Source: a virus
Taxonomy: Duplodnaviria > Caudoviricetes
Length of the DNA stretch: 54,976 nucleotides
IMG/VR virus record: IMGVR_UViG_3300009124_000015
Location: 1 to 54,976 of that record
Reading direction: 5' to 3' (one strand)
Shown: positions 28,695-40,036 of the stretch, one piece after another
Numbering within the stretch: position 1 is the stretch's first letter
How the letters are laid out: each line of letters opens with the position of its first letter
Notes under the pieces: generated by a model
What the model was told of the DNA's origin: nothing
Database searches by the model: none
The model's input: the letters and a program-made list of their open reading frames with translations, nothing else
Position numbers and translations under genes: made by a program

Positions 28695-30026
28695 ATGGCG
28701 CAGATAGCACAGACAAAATCTGAAGAGCTAGCCCAACAGGCGGGTACGCAAGAAACGGAAGTTACGCCCATACTTCAAACTGTAGACGAAGCTACAGAAA
28801 TGATGGGACAAGCCCCCGTTCTCGGTGCGGCTCCTCAAGTTACGCCTTCGACTATAGACCTAGCGGCTATTCCAAAAGTAGAAGCACCGACGGCATCACC
28901 CGGACTCGGCGTAGTTGAAAGCACGGCTCTTGCTAGCCCCGCCATTCAAAGCACTGTGTACGAGGGTGCGAAGTCTACTCTTTCGCCAAACGAATTGATT
29001 GATCTCGATCAGGTATCGTCGGGCGCTCTCTCCGCAGAAGCATTTGCTAAGGCGCAAACGGACGAACTCGATGAACGTGCAACCGTACAATACCAGCTAT
29101 CCGAACTCTTAGGCGGTATCGAAGACGGTAAGCCTCTTCCGGCGTGGGCATCCCCTGCCGTACGAAAAGCGACTGCAATTATGCAGCAGCGCGGTCTCGG
29201 CTCTTCGTCGATGGCTGCAGCCGCAATCACACAATCCGTTATGGAGTCCGGAATCTCTATCGCGGCTCAAGACGCAAAGATGTACGCTGCTGTCCAGCTA
29301 AAAAACTTGGACAACAGACAGCAAGCGGCCTTGCAAAATGCCTTGCAAGTTGCTACAATGGATAGACAGAATGCTGATGCGCGTACGAAAGCGGCGATCT
29401 CAAACGCACAAGCTCTCCTGTCTATCGACCTAAAAGAACTTGATGCACAGCAGCAGAGCAACGCCCTAAAATACAATGCAATTATGCAAACGGCCTTGAG
29501 CGATGCCGCTGCTGAAAATGCTCGACGGCAGTTAAACGCAAAGAACGAGACGCAAATTGAGGAATTCTTTGCAGAACTCGGAACGCAAATCGACGCAGCA
29601 AACATCAATCGGGATGTTGCCCTTCGTCAGTTCAACGTAAACCAAGAGAATGCGTACGCCGAATTCAATGCGAACTTACAAGATCAACGCCAAAAGTTCG
29701 ATGCAAATATGGGATTTGCTATCGACCAGTCGAACGTACAGTGGCGTCGTCAGATCAATACGGCCAACACTGCCGTACAAAACGAAACAAACCGCATAAA
29801 TGTACAGAATGCGTTTAACGCTACCCAAACTGCCTTAAATCAGTTGTGGCAGCAGTACCGCGACAACGCCACATTCAACTTCACAGCAGCCGAAAGTAAA
29901 CTCCAAAGAGATCACGATATGGCTGTCAAAGCTCTCGAAGTTGCGGCGAACGAAAAGGCGTACACATCGGCTCAAAAATCCGACCTCGCCAAGAACGTCA
30001 TTCGTGTTATCGGCGGATGGCAATAG
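28695..30026 (+). CDS. Internal virion (ejection) protein, Q/N/A-rich coiled coil
   Basis: Composition; RGLGSSSMAAAAI; position after the tail genes. Confidence 0.7.
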   Translation: MAQIAQTKSEELAQQAGTQETEVTPILQTVDEATEMMGQAPVLGAAPQVTPSTIDLAAIPKVEAPTASPGLGVVESTALASPAIQSTVYEGAKSTLSPNELIDLDQVSSGALSAEAFAKAQTDELDERATVQYQLSELLGGIEDGKPLPAWASPAVRKATAIMQQRGLGSSSMAAAAITQSVMESGISIAAQDAKMYAAVQLKNLDNRQQAALQNALQVATMDRQNADARTKAAISNAQALLSIDLKELDAQQQSNALKYNAIMQTALSDAAAENARRQLNAKNETQIEEFFAELGTQIDAANINRDVALRQFNVNQENAYAEFNANLQDQRQKFDANMGFAIDQSNVQWRRQINTANTAVQNETNRINVQNAFNATQTALNQLWQQYRDNATFNFTAAESKLQRDHDMAVKALEVAANEKAYTSAQKSDLAKNVIRVIGGWQ

Positions 30027-30044
30027 TAATAGATGGAGTGAACA

Positions 30045-30470
30045 GTGGGCTTATTTGGTGGAGACTTTTCTTTTGCAGATAGCGTAGCAGATACGTTTTC
30101 GAACGCGTTTACCTTGTTTCAAATCGGGGCACAGGTACTCGGCGAATCTGAAAAAGAAACGGACTATTCGAGCTTTGTTAAAAAGCACAGATTTACTCCG
30201 GCACAGACCGTCGGCAGACCTATGTACCCGCAACAGATGGAAGCTCCGGTGGGCTTGAGGGGACCGAGTTTGCAAACGGCGATGAAGTATTTTGCAGACA
30301 ATCCTCCGAGCGACGTAAACTTCCAGTCTATTCGTACTCAAAGTTACGTAGCAAAGGCCCCACGATACACTTCGACCAAACCGACAATGACCATTTCAGA
30401 TGCCAACACCATCACCGGACGTAAGCAGAGCGTCAATGTTTCTGGCGTCATGTCCCTTTCATCTTCCTAA
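30045..30470 (+). CDS. Hypothetical protein, probably internal virion
   Basis: GGAG RBS with GTG start; context. Confidence 0.65.
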   Translation: MGLFGGDFSFADSVADTFSNAFTLFQIGAQVLGESEKETDYSSFVKKHRFTPAQTVGRPMYPQQMEAPVGLRGPSLQTAMKYFADNPPSDVNFQSIRTQSYVAKAPRYTSTKPTMTISDANTITGRKQSVNVSGVMSLSSS

Positions 30471-30479
30471 GAGGTACGT

Positions 30480-31094
30480 ATGTTTCAAGGCTCAAACAAA
30501 AAGGAAGTACGTCGTGGTTCGACAGAAGCCATCGATCAGTTTTCTGCGGCACCTCCGGGAATCTCCCTGACAAGCGACAATTCAAAGTGGCCGTGGGGAA
30601 ATCCCCCTCAAGAGGTAGACGTAGATGTTATCGTGGAGAACGCCGCCCGTAAACTCCAAAATGATGACGTGTTCCGTGACGAGATGTTCAAGCTTCTTTT
30701 GGCAGGTGTATCGATCGAACACATCGTAGAGACGTGGGTTATCGACGGATTTCAAAACGGACGCTTTAGTCTCGACACCGGACTCCTTGCAAAGGGTCCG
30801 CTCGGCGTGTTTGTTGCCTATATGGCCGACTCGAACGGCGTACCTTACCGTATGTTCGAAAAGGATAACCCACAAGACGAGCGGCGCATGGATGATGCGA
30901 CGTACTTCCGCCTCATGAAAACGAACAATCCGGCTATGTTCTCAACTATCCGCGAGGGCTTGAACAGGGCTATTCGCAACGGAGAAAAGGCTTTCAACGA
31001 AGAGTTCGAAAGAATGGAAACCGAAGTTGAAGATCGAGATCGCAACGATAATAATAATGACGACGACGAGACCAGAGAAGGATTTATGGACTGA
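30480..31094 (+). CDS. Hypothetical protein, probably internal virion
   Basis: PPGISLT...WPWGNPP motif; GAGG RBS. Confidence 0.72.
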   Translation: MFQGSNKKEVRRGSTEAIDQFSAAPPGISLTSDNSKWPWGNPPQEVDVDVIVENAARKLQNDDVFRDEMFKLLLAGVSIEHIVETWVIDGFQNGRFSLDTGLLAKGPLGVFVAYMADSNGVPYRMFEKDNPQDERRMDDATYFRLMKTNNPAMFSTIREGLNRAIRNGEKAFNEEFERMETEVEDRDRNDNNNDDDETREGFMD

Positions 31095-33922
31095 TGGATA
31101 ACATGACTTCATATAGCGTTCTCAGCGGTATCTTCGGTACGATTGCTGCCGGACAAGACGTACAGAGAAAAGCCCGCGCAGATGCGACAAAACGGGCGCA
31201 AGAGTTGTCGGATCAACAGCAGATAAAAGCGTACGAGTCCGGCCTTCGTATGAACGAAAGTCAAGTGACGACGCTAGGAAACGCACTCACAAAAGACGCA
31301 CGTACGGCATTTTCATTTTTAACTTCTGGGGAGTTCGCCACCCAAAGAAGCGATCTTATGAGAACCCATCCCACAATTTACGCTGCCGTAGAGGCAACGG
31401 CTCTCGGTGATATCGGTTTTAGTAAGGCAGAACAGGCTATGATCGATTCTGCCAAGCAGGGAACGCAAAATGCGTTTTCTATCTTGGAAAGTGATCCTGT
31501 AAAATCTCTTCCCGATACCGACCCGTTCAAGATGGTAGTTCAGTCGTACGCGTACACTCCGGGACTCAGCGAAAAAGAGCTAGACCTTCTAAACGGCGTG
31601 ACGTACGAAAACGCGCAAACTATGCTGAAGGGAATGACCGGAATCAATCAAACATTTGATGTCCTCGAAAATCCGATGCACCCGCAATACGCCTTTTTTA
31701 AGGCCCTATCTTCGATAAAAAAACCCGCTCCGGAGTACGTTTCACCTCTCAATTCCGACACCACCAAGCTCATCGACAAGGCACTCGCAGGTGGAAATGT
31801 CGAGGATGCTCTGTCGAATATTGACAGTATTACAGGGTCTATCAATAACAAGTTCACTACGGTGGGTGATCCTAGCTATAGTGCCCAAGCCGTTGCGGAT
31901 GTTGCGACTTTGAATTTTTTGAAAGCCTCCATCGGCACGAAAGACCCGAGTAACGTAGAGACAGCCCGAGATGTGATCAACAGGGCACGAACAGCAGCTA
32001 CGAGTGCTACGACACAACCGGCCCAAGCACAAGCCGCAACACTAGCCGTACAGGCTATCGAAGACTCTTTTGATGATAATGTTTTGAAAGACCCCTCTGT
32101 TGCGGGTGAATTCGCTGCTCTTCGCGGCATCGCAGAAACTGCGGAGGCAGTGGCTAACGGCACTCAAATATTTATGGGTAACGATCAGAAACCCGTAATT
32201 CAAGTCGCAGATTTTGAAGACCTGTTTAGTGGTGACATCAAAAAGGTGGAGGGCGCACTAAACAAAATAAACGGCAATCCGAACATCTCTGCGGCGTACG
32301 ATAAAATGAACGCCACCTCTAAGGAACACTTCGAAAACGGGATTAAAACCGCTATTCGTATGGTGTACGATGACGATGGAAAACAACGTACGAGCGTAGG
32401 ACAAGAGGGAAAACTTCAAAAGTTCACCCGTCCGCCCCGCGATTTTAGCGTGTTCTCTAACAACCTGTACGAATTCCAGTTCGTAAAAGACTACCTGCAC
32501 GGAGGTCCGGACGCAGGCGGCCTCAACATTCCCGAGTACGGTACGACACGTACCAACGCTGCTCTCCTTCCGGATCAGGGAACCTTGCCGCCAAACATAC
32601 TCCGCGACGAAGCGGGCGAACACAACCTCTCTGAAGATGTCGTCGCCTTCGCATCTAAGAAGGGTTTCGATCGTCCGTCGGATATGATTCGCGGTAATCA
32701 CGTTTACAAAAATGCGTGGGCAAAACGTAAAAACGAACTCTTCACCGGAATGAACCTCGTACACGATTCGGGGGCGTTCTCCGGCGGTCCGTCACGTGCC
32801 GTTGACGCCCGCGTATACGATGATCTTTCGTTTGGTATGGCCCGTCTCGGCGTACGCGGAGGAAGCGAATTGATGTCCGTGATCGCCGGTAATATGCCCG
32901 CAGACATACCTCCCGCCTTGCAACCTCGCGGTGGACGCGGTGTGAACGCGGCTCAAGTTCGTAGTGTGCTTTCTAGCGAAACGGGCATGAATATCGATCT
33001 CGGTGACATCGGTACGAATATAACGAACAATACAAATTTTTCTCGCAACCTCCGTGAAGCACTCTCTCGTGCCCGGAGTATGGGGCAGGGAAGTCGCTTT
33101 GAAGACGGGTTTCGATCCGCGTATTTCAATATCGTCGGATCGGAAAACTCGTTTATCAATCGAGCAACGGGCGCTATCGAAAATGCGGCTCTCGGAGACT
33201 TCGTCCGTCTCGAAGATATGCAAACCGAAGACGACTACGGCGTATCGAACGAATCTAACCGTCGGGGAGTATCCAAGAAAGCCGAATCATTCTTGGAAAC
33301 CGAGTGGGCAAAAAGCAACGCACAACTCGCCTCCCTTTACGTCACCCTTGCATACGATTTTGCAAAGACGATGGACCCGTCCGGGCGTATTTCAGAGCGC
33401 GACTTTGCTGCCGCTCTCGAATCTATTTCCGGAAGTATATTTGCCCCACGCGCAATTAGCATAGGTCTCATGGAAAGCTTCTTGGATCGTGCAGAACAAA
33501 ACGTATTCTTTCAACAGGAAGTGTTCGGAATCACCTCGAAATTTATGGGGGACGACGTATACTACAAGCCTACCCCGTCGGATATGCAACTTCTTCGCGG
33601 GCTGCGCCACTACCGGGAAGTCAACGATCGGATGCAAGATCAGATGAACATCGATCTCTTCAAGCGTCGTCTCTCTCGGGCTACGTCGTACAACTCGCAA
33701 GATATGAACGACTACTACGTGTACGTCGTTCCTACCAATCTTCCGGATGAACTTCTCGATAATCCGAACCTCGATATTCGTGAAGTTAGGAAACGGGTAT
33801 CTGGCATGGAAAGTGCGTCCCTATACATGGGTAAGCCTGTTTACGTCAACGTAGCAAACGATAATCCACGAATTCTGTCTATCAAAGAAGTCCAACAGTT
33901 CGGACTAGGAGAGAGTCTCTAA
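31094..33922 (+). CDS. Large putative internal virion protein (942 aa)
   Basis: Size and position; AKTMDPSGRISERDF motif. Confidence 0.68.
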   Translation: MDNMTSYSVLSGIFGTIAAGQDVQRKARADATKRAQELSDQQQIKAYESGLRMNESQVTTLGNALTKDARTAFSFLTSGEFATQRSDLMRTHPTIYAAVEATALGDIGFSKAEQAMIDSAKQGTQNAFSILESDPVKSLPDTDPFKMVVQSYAYTPGLSEKELDLLNGVTYENAQTMLKGMTGINQTFDVLENPMHPQYAFFKALSSIKKPAPEYVSPLNSDTTKLIDKALAGGNVEDALSNIDSITGSINNKFTTVGDPSYSAQAVADVATLNFLKASIGTKDPSNVETARDVINRARTAATSATTQPAQAQAATLAVQAIEDSFDDNVLKDPSVAGEFAALRGIAETAEAVANGTQIFMGNDQKPVIQVADFEDLFSGDIKKVEGALNKINGNPNISAAYDKMNATSKEHFENGIKTAIRMVYDDDGKQRTSVGQEGKLQKFTRPPRDFSVFSNNLYEFQFVKDYLHGGPDAGGLNIPEYGTTRTNAALLPDQGTLPPNILRDEAGEHNLSEDVVAFASKKGFDRPSDMIRGNHVYKNAWAKRKNELFTGMNLVHDSGAFSGGPSRAVDARVYDDLSFGMARLGVRGGSELMSVIAGNMPADIPPALQPRGGRGVNAAQVRSVLSSETGMNIDLGDIGTNITNNTNFSRNLREALSRARSMGQGSRFEDGFRSAYFNIVGSENSFINRATGAIENAALGDFVRLEDMQTEDDYGVSNESNRRGVSKKAESFLETEWAKSNAQLASLYVTLAYDFAKTMDPSGRISERDFAAALESISGSIFAPRAISIGLMESFLDRAEQNVFFQQEVFGITSKFMGDDVYYKPTPSDMQLLRGLRHYREVNDRMQDQMNIDLFKRRLSRATSYNSQDMNDYYVYVVPTNLPDELLDNPNLDIREVRKRVSGMESASLYMGKPVYVNVANDNPRILSIKEVQQFGLGESL

Positions 33923-33923
33923 A

Positions 33924-36900
33924 ATGGCGCAGTCTGACAACATTCTTGCTACCGGTCCGTCCGATCCTGAAGCTTTCGGTCGTATCGGCTCCGGTCGAAC
34001 GTTTCCGGGTGGTCTCACACAGAGCGAATATATCGCAGCCAATCGACCGAACATCGACGCTCTCCAAGATAGACAGTCTCCTGAGTACGCCGCGCGTGTC
34101 GATCAACTCTACGAAGACGGTCTCGTCGGAACGTACAATATAAATAACGTACTCAAAGAAGCCACCGGCTTCAGTCGTGACATCATTCCGCCCGACGTTT
34201 TAGATCAAGTACGGAGTGCAACCCGCCGTGAAAAGAGCGGGTCACAAACTCCCCAAGACCTGCAACTTCTTTCTGAAGTACGTGATCCCAACGGCATCTA
34301 TCGTCGCCGCTTCAATCGCCTCATCGACGGCGCACCGAACTTGGTTAGGGGCGTACAGACGGGTACGTTTCCTCTCGATCCGATTAGCGGTGGTGCGATC
34401 ATACCGGAAAGCTCGGATACGGAAACGAACGTAATCGATGTCGAATCTCGTATCGACAGAAAGGCGGCAGAATCACAGCGCCTTCTCGGCTTTGTCGAAC
34501 AACATCCCCAGCAACCTCTCGACCCTAATGTACGCGAAGCTCTCTACGCAGTTCTCGATATGCAATGGCAAGATGTATTCGTAGATCGTATTCAGGGTCT
34601 CGGACGCTTCGGGGGAATGGCAGGATTTCATCTCGGATACTTCCTAGAAAATACCTTTACTGATGAAGAGGGAAACGCACGTTTCGATTTGCACGGTAAC
34701 CCCAAAGATCGTGCTATTGCATTCGAAAAGTACCGTACGAGTGACGCGTGGATCGACACTCGTAAGGAAATTATCGATAACATGATCCGCGAACAGATGC
34801 GTTTCAAGCTCGGAGATGAAGAGTTCAACCGTCGCGGCTACGGGGAAAAGGTCACAAACGAAGACGGCGACGAAGTATTCAAGGTACAGTTCGTAACGGA
34901 TCAGTTTGCTGAAGACGTATCCGAATTCATGTACGATCAGTTGACTTGGAGAGAGCAGCTTCTCACCGTAGTAGGCGAGGGGGCTGTTGCCTACAACGCA
35001 GTCAAGTGGCCCTTCAAAGGCGTTATGGCAGCACAGAGGCGCGTACGTTTGGGTATCGCTGCACAGCAAGACAAGCTCGTGGCTCTCGGGCGTAAGACTG
35101 CGGGACGAAACGTACTTCCGTCCGCCGATGCCTTTCGTCTTCTTCCCCGCGATCGTCAGCGGGCACTTGCCGAAACCATAGCCGCCACCCGTGGCATCTC
35201 CGTAGAAGAGGCCGCTCGTAACCTTGCCACACGGAGCAAAGACGCCGGTTGGTGGCACACCTTCCGTGCGGGTACGCTTGCCGGTGCTATCGCCGAACAG
35301 TCGAGCGTACGCACTATGATATCACAAAACGAAGTGGCGGAAGATACTATCAACGCCCTGCGGGATAGTTACAGAAATACCGTGCGTACGTCAGCTAAAG
35401 GCTCCCGAAGTGCGGAAGCGATTGCCACCCGCGAACGCCTCAACATGGAAATTGCACGTGCCAACAATCGGGCCGTACGCTCGATGATGCCAACTATGCG
35501 TCAATTCGGCATCAATCCTATGTTCGATACGGCGTTCGGACTCGCACAAATTTCCGGTCGCCGATACTTTAACGATCCTATCGGCGAACTCTACGGTGTT
35601 GGCCTCGCCTTCACCACCATCGCAACGGGAAAGGGCATCTCGTACGTTTCGAGAAGGTACAGGCCGACACAGGTAGTCGGTGGTGTGCTTGGCGGAGGGA
35701 TTAATGACTTGGCTTTCCTTGCCAAATCCGGCGTCGAAGAGATGGCAACTATGGGTCTGAAAATCCTCACCGGATTTCAGCTAGCCGAAGCGGACGGACT
35801 CGCACGTGGTTTCGTAAAAAATCCGAATTTGAGGTACCTCACTAAGTTATCTGATGAGAAACGCAAGCGTCTTCCGTTCGACGTACAGCGAGAACTCGAC
35901 AAATTCACAAAGCGTCTCAAGGGTCTTCCTCAGTCGATGCAAGACATGATGGTGGATAACCTCAGTGATGCGATGGATGACATTCACACTATTGTGAGTA
36001 CGATTCCTATGAAGGGGTCTACGCCCGAGATTACCTCGCGCTTGCAAACGGCTCGTTCGAACATGGAAGCCGCTCTCGCTGTTCATCTCGGCGAGGCGAG
36101 TGGTATCAACCTTTTCTTTGCGATGTCGAAGTCCGCAGCCGCTAACAACGACGGTGTTACGACGGGCGGTGCGCTCTCTATGAACCAAGAGGCGATGGCT
36201 ATCCTAAAGAAGCAGCAAAGTGCGGACCGTCGCGTACAGGCCCTGTCACTCGCACAACAGCGCATCGAACGTGAAATCTTAAACCTACAAGACATTCAAA
36301 GCCAAGCTCTCCAGACGGAAAACGTCGGATTGCAAACGGCAATAGATCGCCTGACAACTCTTTCCGAATCGTTCAAGAGAGCATCTGCGTTTGCCAACGC
36401 CGAACTCACATCGATGATTGCCAACGACTCCCGCCTCGCCGCAAAAGAACTTAGTATGCTTGCGGACCCGGCAAACTACGACTTGGCTCAAGAGTCGATC
36501 ACCAGTGGGTACGTGGAGAACTTGATATCTCTCGTACGAAATGCGGAGGACAGGTTCCTCACCTCTGCTGATAATCCTAACAGCCTACGTATCGATCAGT
36601 TCGAGGGTGAAAGTCGGTTCTTGCCCGGAGAGACCCTCCAACAACAACTGCCCGAACAGCCTATAACGGTAGAGTCCCTCCGCGAACAAGCACGAAACGC
36701 CGACATGCTCATCCGTAATTTTGAGGCAAATCTGATCAACACCGCACAGGGCGTACGTTTTTCACAAGACTCTGTGGAAATCTTCAACACTCAAAACAAA
36801 GTTCTTCACGGCTTCGTGACAACGGCACGGGCACAATCGGCATCCATAGTCAAAGATGCGTACGAAGAAGTACCAGAAAATCTCTCTATCAACTTTTCCG

Positions 36901-39155
36901 GTTTCGCCGTAGGTATCGACAAGTTTTTACGCGCGTACGCCGCCGAGTACGAAACGTCGATGACTAAGATGGCCGACCCGACCATGTTCGAAGCTTTCGG
37001 AGGAACGCACGGAAAGCGTCTCTATAACGCTCTGAACAATGGCTCTCGCCGGGGTATGATTGCCTTCTTCGATGAGAACCTAGAAGTATTCAATGAAGCC
37101 GTAGAGGGCGGAGGAAACTTCAAGACGGGAACTGATGTCCTAGACTATTTCAAGAACCAGTATTACGGAAGTCGTGAAAAGGGGTTCTTGATTGAAAAGT
37201 TCGGAGAGGCGTCTGCTGAAAATCCGAACCGGATTACCGATCTTCAAATAGCGTTGCAAATTCTTGAGGACTCCCGGGCCGGATTACTTCCGGAAGGAAT
37301 GAGCTTCGAGTCCTTCAACTTTGCCGTGTCTGCAAAAGAACTCGAAGAACTGAGGCAAGGAGCAAACTATTTACGCGGAGCAACGAAGCCCGGTACGGAT
37401 CGACACAACATTGCGATGCTAATCATCAACAATGTTGACAGGACATTCGATGAGTGGGGACAGGGCGTAAACGTAGACAACTACAACGCTGTCGTACGCG
37501 CCCGTGTTATCGCTCGTGCAGAAGCACAGAGATATGATCGTGGGACTATGGCAGACGCAATCGAACGAATTCACTCTGTAAACAAGTTCAAGACTCTCGG
37601 CGGCAACACTGACGACGAAATCTTTGACATCACCACAAAGGCCGAGTCTGACCTTTTAGCCCCACTCGTAAACGCTATCCTCAAAGGTGACGAAGGCTCG
37701 ACTGAAATCATCGAACGTGAGATGCGTAGGCTCCGTTCGAGCTTCGCTCCCATCTCCGGAGAACTTCCAGAAAACATCTTGGTACGAATGGACGACGGAA
37801 AATTTCGTATGCCTACAGACCAAGAGATATCTCGGATGACCACAGCCGTCATGGGTGAGGAGGAGTTCACACGCCTGTCGGCAATCGTAAACGCGCAGGT
37901 ACAGGCAGAACTTCTCAAGACGGGTGGCCTCAAGACCATCGATCAAGCCGTAAAAAATAATTCGGTACCCAACATTATTGGGGAGAACCTGCCGCAGCCG
38001 CTTCAAATTCCTGCACAGTACGAAGGTAACCTCTTGAAGTTCCTCGAAGACGTGGATTCTCGTAGCGTTGTTATGGTAATGAATCCGAAGACAGGAGTAC
38101 CGGAGCCTCGTCAACTCATCAAGTCTTTCGATATTTTTCAGGCTAGTGCAGATGTCACGGCAGTCGTAAACAGCAGCAAAAAGTTTCAAAGCGTACACGC
38201 CGAACTCGTACAAGATGCAAACTTCTACGTGGCTCAGAACAAAGAAATTCTCGACGCTACTGCCGAACGTACTGCACAGATAACAAAAGCAATCACCGGA
38301 GTCGGAGAAAACACGGCGGGTGACAAGTTCTTTACAAAATACATTGCGAGCGGAGATGAAACGTCTGTACGTCAGATCATCGCCCTCACACGAGACAGCG
38401 AGTTCTTGGCACGGGGTAACTTTACCGAGCGGGAGGTTCAGCAGGGACTACAGGGGGTTGTGGCTCACGTCATTCGATCTGTAGGTGAAATCGAACCTCC
38501 TCGTGATCGTACGGTACAGATGTTCGACGGCACTAGCGTAGCCGTAGAAACGTACGGAAGACCCGATCGGGCATTCGACTTGATCAACGACGCCCTAAGC
38601 GGACGTACAATCGAGGGTCGTAACTTCCGTGAACTCACGGATGCGGCGGGAGTTAGCGAAGATCAACTGTTGACCCTTCGCGCAATCTTCCGCTTTGCCA
38701 CACGGATGGAAGGAGAGCGCCTCTACTCGCAGATGGACGCGTCAGGTCGTCCGACTTTGAAACAGGCGACGAAAGGCTTCAACCTCGACAACGCCCTCTC
38801 TCGTGCATTTAACCTCGCTCGTGGTATGGTTGGCGTACAGTTCGTTGCGGCAGAAGTTGCCCTGCGCTACGCCGCACTTTCGTCCGGGGCATCTATGAAA
38901 GTTATTCTCACAGACGAACGGGCAGCACGTATCGTAAAAGATACACTCACGGATGTCGATGCCGTCACGGAAGACGATGCACGTTACTTGGCGGATACCG
39001 TGTTCCGTATATCGGCCATCACTACGGTAGACATGCTAAAAGAGATCGAAAAGCAAGACCCGGACTTCGCAGACTACGCCCGCAACTATTGGGAAAATGT
39101 TGGCGTATTAACACCATCGGGTGACCGAGAGGGTGAACTCGTCGCTTTCCCTTAA
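33924..39155 (+). CDS. Very large putative internal virion/ejection protein (1743 aa)
   Basis: Last large gene of the structural block; helical; SRAFNLARGMVG..FVAAE C-terminal motif. Confidence 0.7.
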   Translation: MAQSDNILATGPSDPEAFGRIGSGRTFPGGLTQSEYIAANRPNIDALQDRQSPEYAARVDQLYEDGLVGTYNINNVLKEATGFSRDIIPPDVLDQVRSATRREKSGSQTPQDLQLLSEVRDPNGIYRRRFNRLIDGAPNLVRGVQTGTFPLDPISGGAIIPESSDTETNVIDVESRIDRKAAESQRLLGFVEQHPQQPLDPNVREALYAVLDMQWQDVFVDRIQGLGRFGGMAGFHLGYFLENTFTDEEGNARFDLHGNPKDRAIAFEKYRTSDAWIDTRKEIIDNMIREQMRFKLGDEEFNRRGYGEKVTNEDGDEVFKVQFVTDQFAEDVSEFMYDQLTWREQLLTVVGEGAVAYNAVKWPFKGVMAAQRRVRLGIAAQQDKLVALGRKTAGRNVLPSADAFRLLPRDRQRALAETIAATRGISVEEAARNLATRSKDAGWWHTFRAGTLAGAIAEQSSVRTMISQNEVAEDTINALRDSYRNTVRTSAKGSRSAEAIATRERLNMEIARANNRAVRSMMPTMRQFGINPMFDTAFGLAQISGRRYFNDPIGELYGVGLAFTTIATGKGISYVSRRYRPTQVVGGVLGGGINDLAFLAKSGVEEMATMGLKILTGFQLAEADGLARGFVKNPNLRYLTKLSDEKRKRLPFDVQRELDKFTKRLKGLPQSMQDMMVDNLSDAMDDIHTIVSTIPMKGSTPEITSRLQTARSNMEAALAVHLGEASGINLFFAMSKSAAANNDGVTTGGALSMNQEAMAILKKQQSADRRVQALSLAQQRIEREILNLQDIQSQALQTENVGLQTAIDRLTTLSESFKRASAFANAELTSMIANDSRLAAKELSMLADPANYDLAQESITSGYVENLISLVRNAEDRFLTSADNPNSLRIDQFEGESRFLPGETLQQQLPEQPITVESLREQARNADMLIRNFEANLINTAQGVRFSQDSVEIFNTQNKVLHGFVTTARAQSASIVKDAYEEVPENLSINFSGFAVGIDKFLRAYAAEYETSMTKMADPTMFEAFGGTHGKRLYNALNNGSRRGMIAFFDENLEVFNEAVEGGGNFKTGTDVLDYFKNQYYGSREKGFLIEKFGEASAENPNRITDLQIALQILEDSRAGLLPEGMSFESFNFAVSAKELEELRQGANYLRGATKPGTDRHNIAMLIINNVDRTFDEWGQGVNVDNYNAVVRARVIARAEAQRYDRGTMADAIERIHSVNKFKTLGGNTDDEIFDITTKAESDLLAPLVNAILKGDEGSTEIIEREMRRLRSSFAPISGELPENILVRMDDGKFRMPTDQEISRMTTAVMGEEEFTRLSAIVNAQVQAELLKTGGLKTIDQAVKNNSVPNIIGENLPQPLQIPAQYEGNLLKFLEDVDSRSVVMVMNPKTGVPEPRQLIKSFDIFQASADVTAVVNSSKKFQSVHAELVQDANFYVAQNKEILDATAERTAQITKAITGVGENTAGDKFFTKYIASGDETSVRQIIALTRDSEFLARGNFTEREVQQGLQGVVAHVIRSVGEIEPPRDRTVQMFDGTSVAVETYGRPDRAFDLINDALSGRTIEGRNFRELTDAAGVSEDQLLTLRAIFRFATRMEGERLYSQMDASGRPTLKQATKGFNLDNALSRAFNLARGMVGVQFVAAEVALRYAALSSGASMKVILTDERAARIVKDTLTDVDAVTEDDARYLADTVFRISAITTVDMLKEIEKQDPDFADYARNYWENVGVLTPSGDREGELVAFP

Positions 39156-39170
39156 TAACGGAGATGAAAA

Positions 39171-39383
39171 ATGAAGATGTATAACAACGGCCAGCGTAAG
39201 GGTATGATGTACGGAGGAAACGTACGCAAGCCTATGGGCTACAAAGAAGGCACTCCTATGGGAGGCGTACCCAAAACACCCAAGCAAGAGAAGTTCGCTG
39301 CCCTTGCAGAACCTAAAGACATGATCACGGCTGCAGACCGTGTTGCCGGTGCCACTAAAGGTATGCGGAAGACTTCTGCATAA
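39171..39383 (+). CDS. Small basic protein
   Basis: GGAG RBS; MMYGG-type motif. Confidence 0.65.
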   Translation: MKMYNNGQRKGMMYGGNVRKPMGYKEGTPMGGVPKTPKQEKFAALAEPKDMITAADRVAGATKGMRKTSA

Positions 39384-39570
39384 TCTCGTCAGTCATACTT
39401 TTCAAGTAGCGTAGAAGGGATGCTACCGAGTGCGAACCCTCGTACTCCGGCATCCCTTCATTCATTGTACGCTCGAAATCTTCCGGATTGACGCTATCGA
39501 AAAGCATCTCCACGTTACCGTCAGTAAGGAGATTCACTTCGAACTTAAAGAGTTGTGCTTTCGGTTTCAA
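39355..39570 (-). CDS. Hypothetical protein (start reassigned to TTG 39570)
   Basis: 3' part of the track ORF; overlaps the convergent + strand gene by 29 nt. Confidence 0.55.
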   Translation of the reverse strand: MKPKAQLFKFEVNLLTDGNVEMLFDSVNPEDFERTMNEGMPEYEGSHSVASLLRYLKSMTDEIMQKSSAYL

Positions 39571-40036
39571 TGTCTCGTAACTCGCTGATTGCAAGGTTGT
39601 AGCAATCCGCCTTGAAAGTGAACCCGTTGTCCGGATCAACTTCCCCACGGCGGTGGTACGTTGCGTTTTCGTAGAACGTACGTTTGTCGATCTCTCCCAA
39701 GACCCAAGCCTTACTACCGTCAATCTTGATACGTACGAAAACGTACGAGTCACAGTCTTGCTTCGTGCCGTGCGCCGCAATCGTACAATCGTAGTACGTT
39801 TTGGGCGGCGTGTTGCACCGCTTCGTTTTTACGTCGATGCGCTTGCCGTTCAACACCAAGTCGTAGTCGTGCGTATTCGACTCTGTAGCCCCCGTGAGAT
39901 CGGCAACGACGAGTTCACCGATAGCCCCCACCACATGACTCGAACTACCCGTGATGCTGCCCTGTAGTACGCCTACAGTGGCAGTTTTCTTTTTTGCGCG
40001 TTCGATCAATTCAGGTGTTATCTTTACTTCGATCAA
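39545..40036 (-). CDS. PD-(D/E)xK-like nuclease-fold protein
   Basis: GAIGELVV...YDLVLNGKRIDVKTK. Confidence 0.6.
   Translation of the reverse strand: MIEVKITPELIERAKKKTATVGVLQGSITGSSSHVVGAIGELVVADLTGATESNTHDYDLVLNGKRIDVKTKRCNTPPKTYYDCTIAAHGTKQDCDSYVFVRIKIDGSKAWVLGEIDKRTFYENATYHRRGEVDPDNGFTFKADCYNLAISELRDIETESTTL

Noticed and set aside
33924-39155. Virion RNA polymerase or lytic transglycosylase domain in the 1743-aa protein
   Set aside because: No convincing catalytic motifs recognised; structure prediction is needed.
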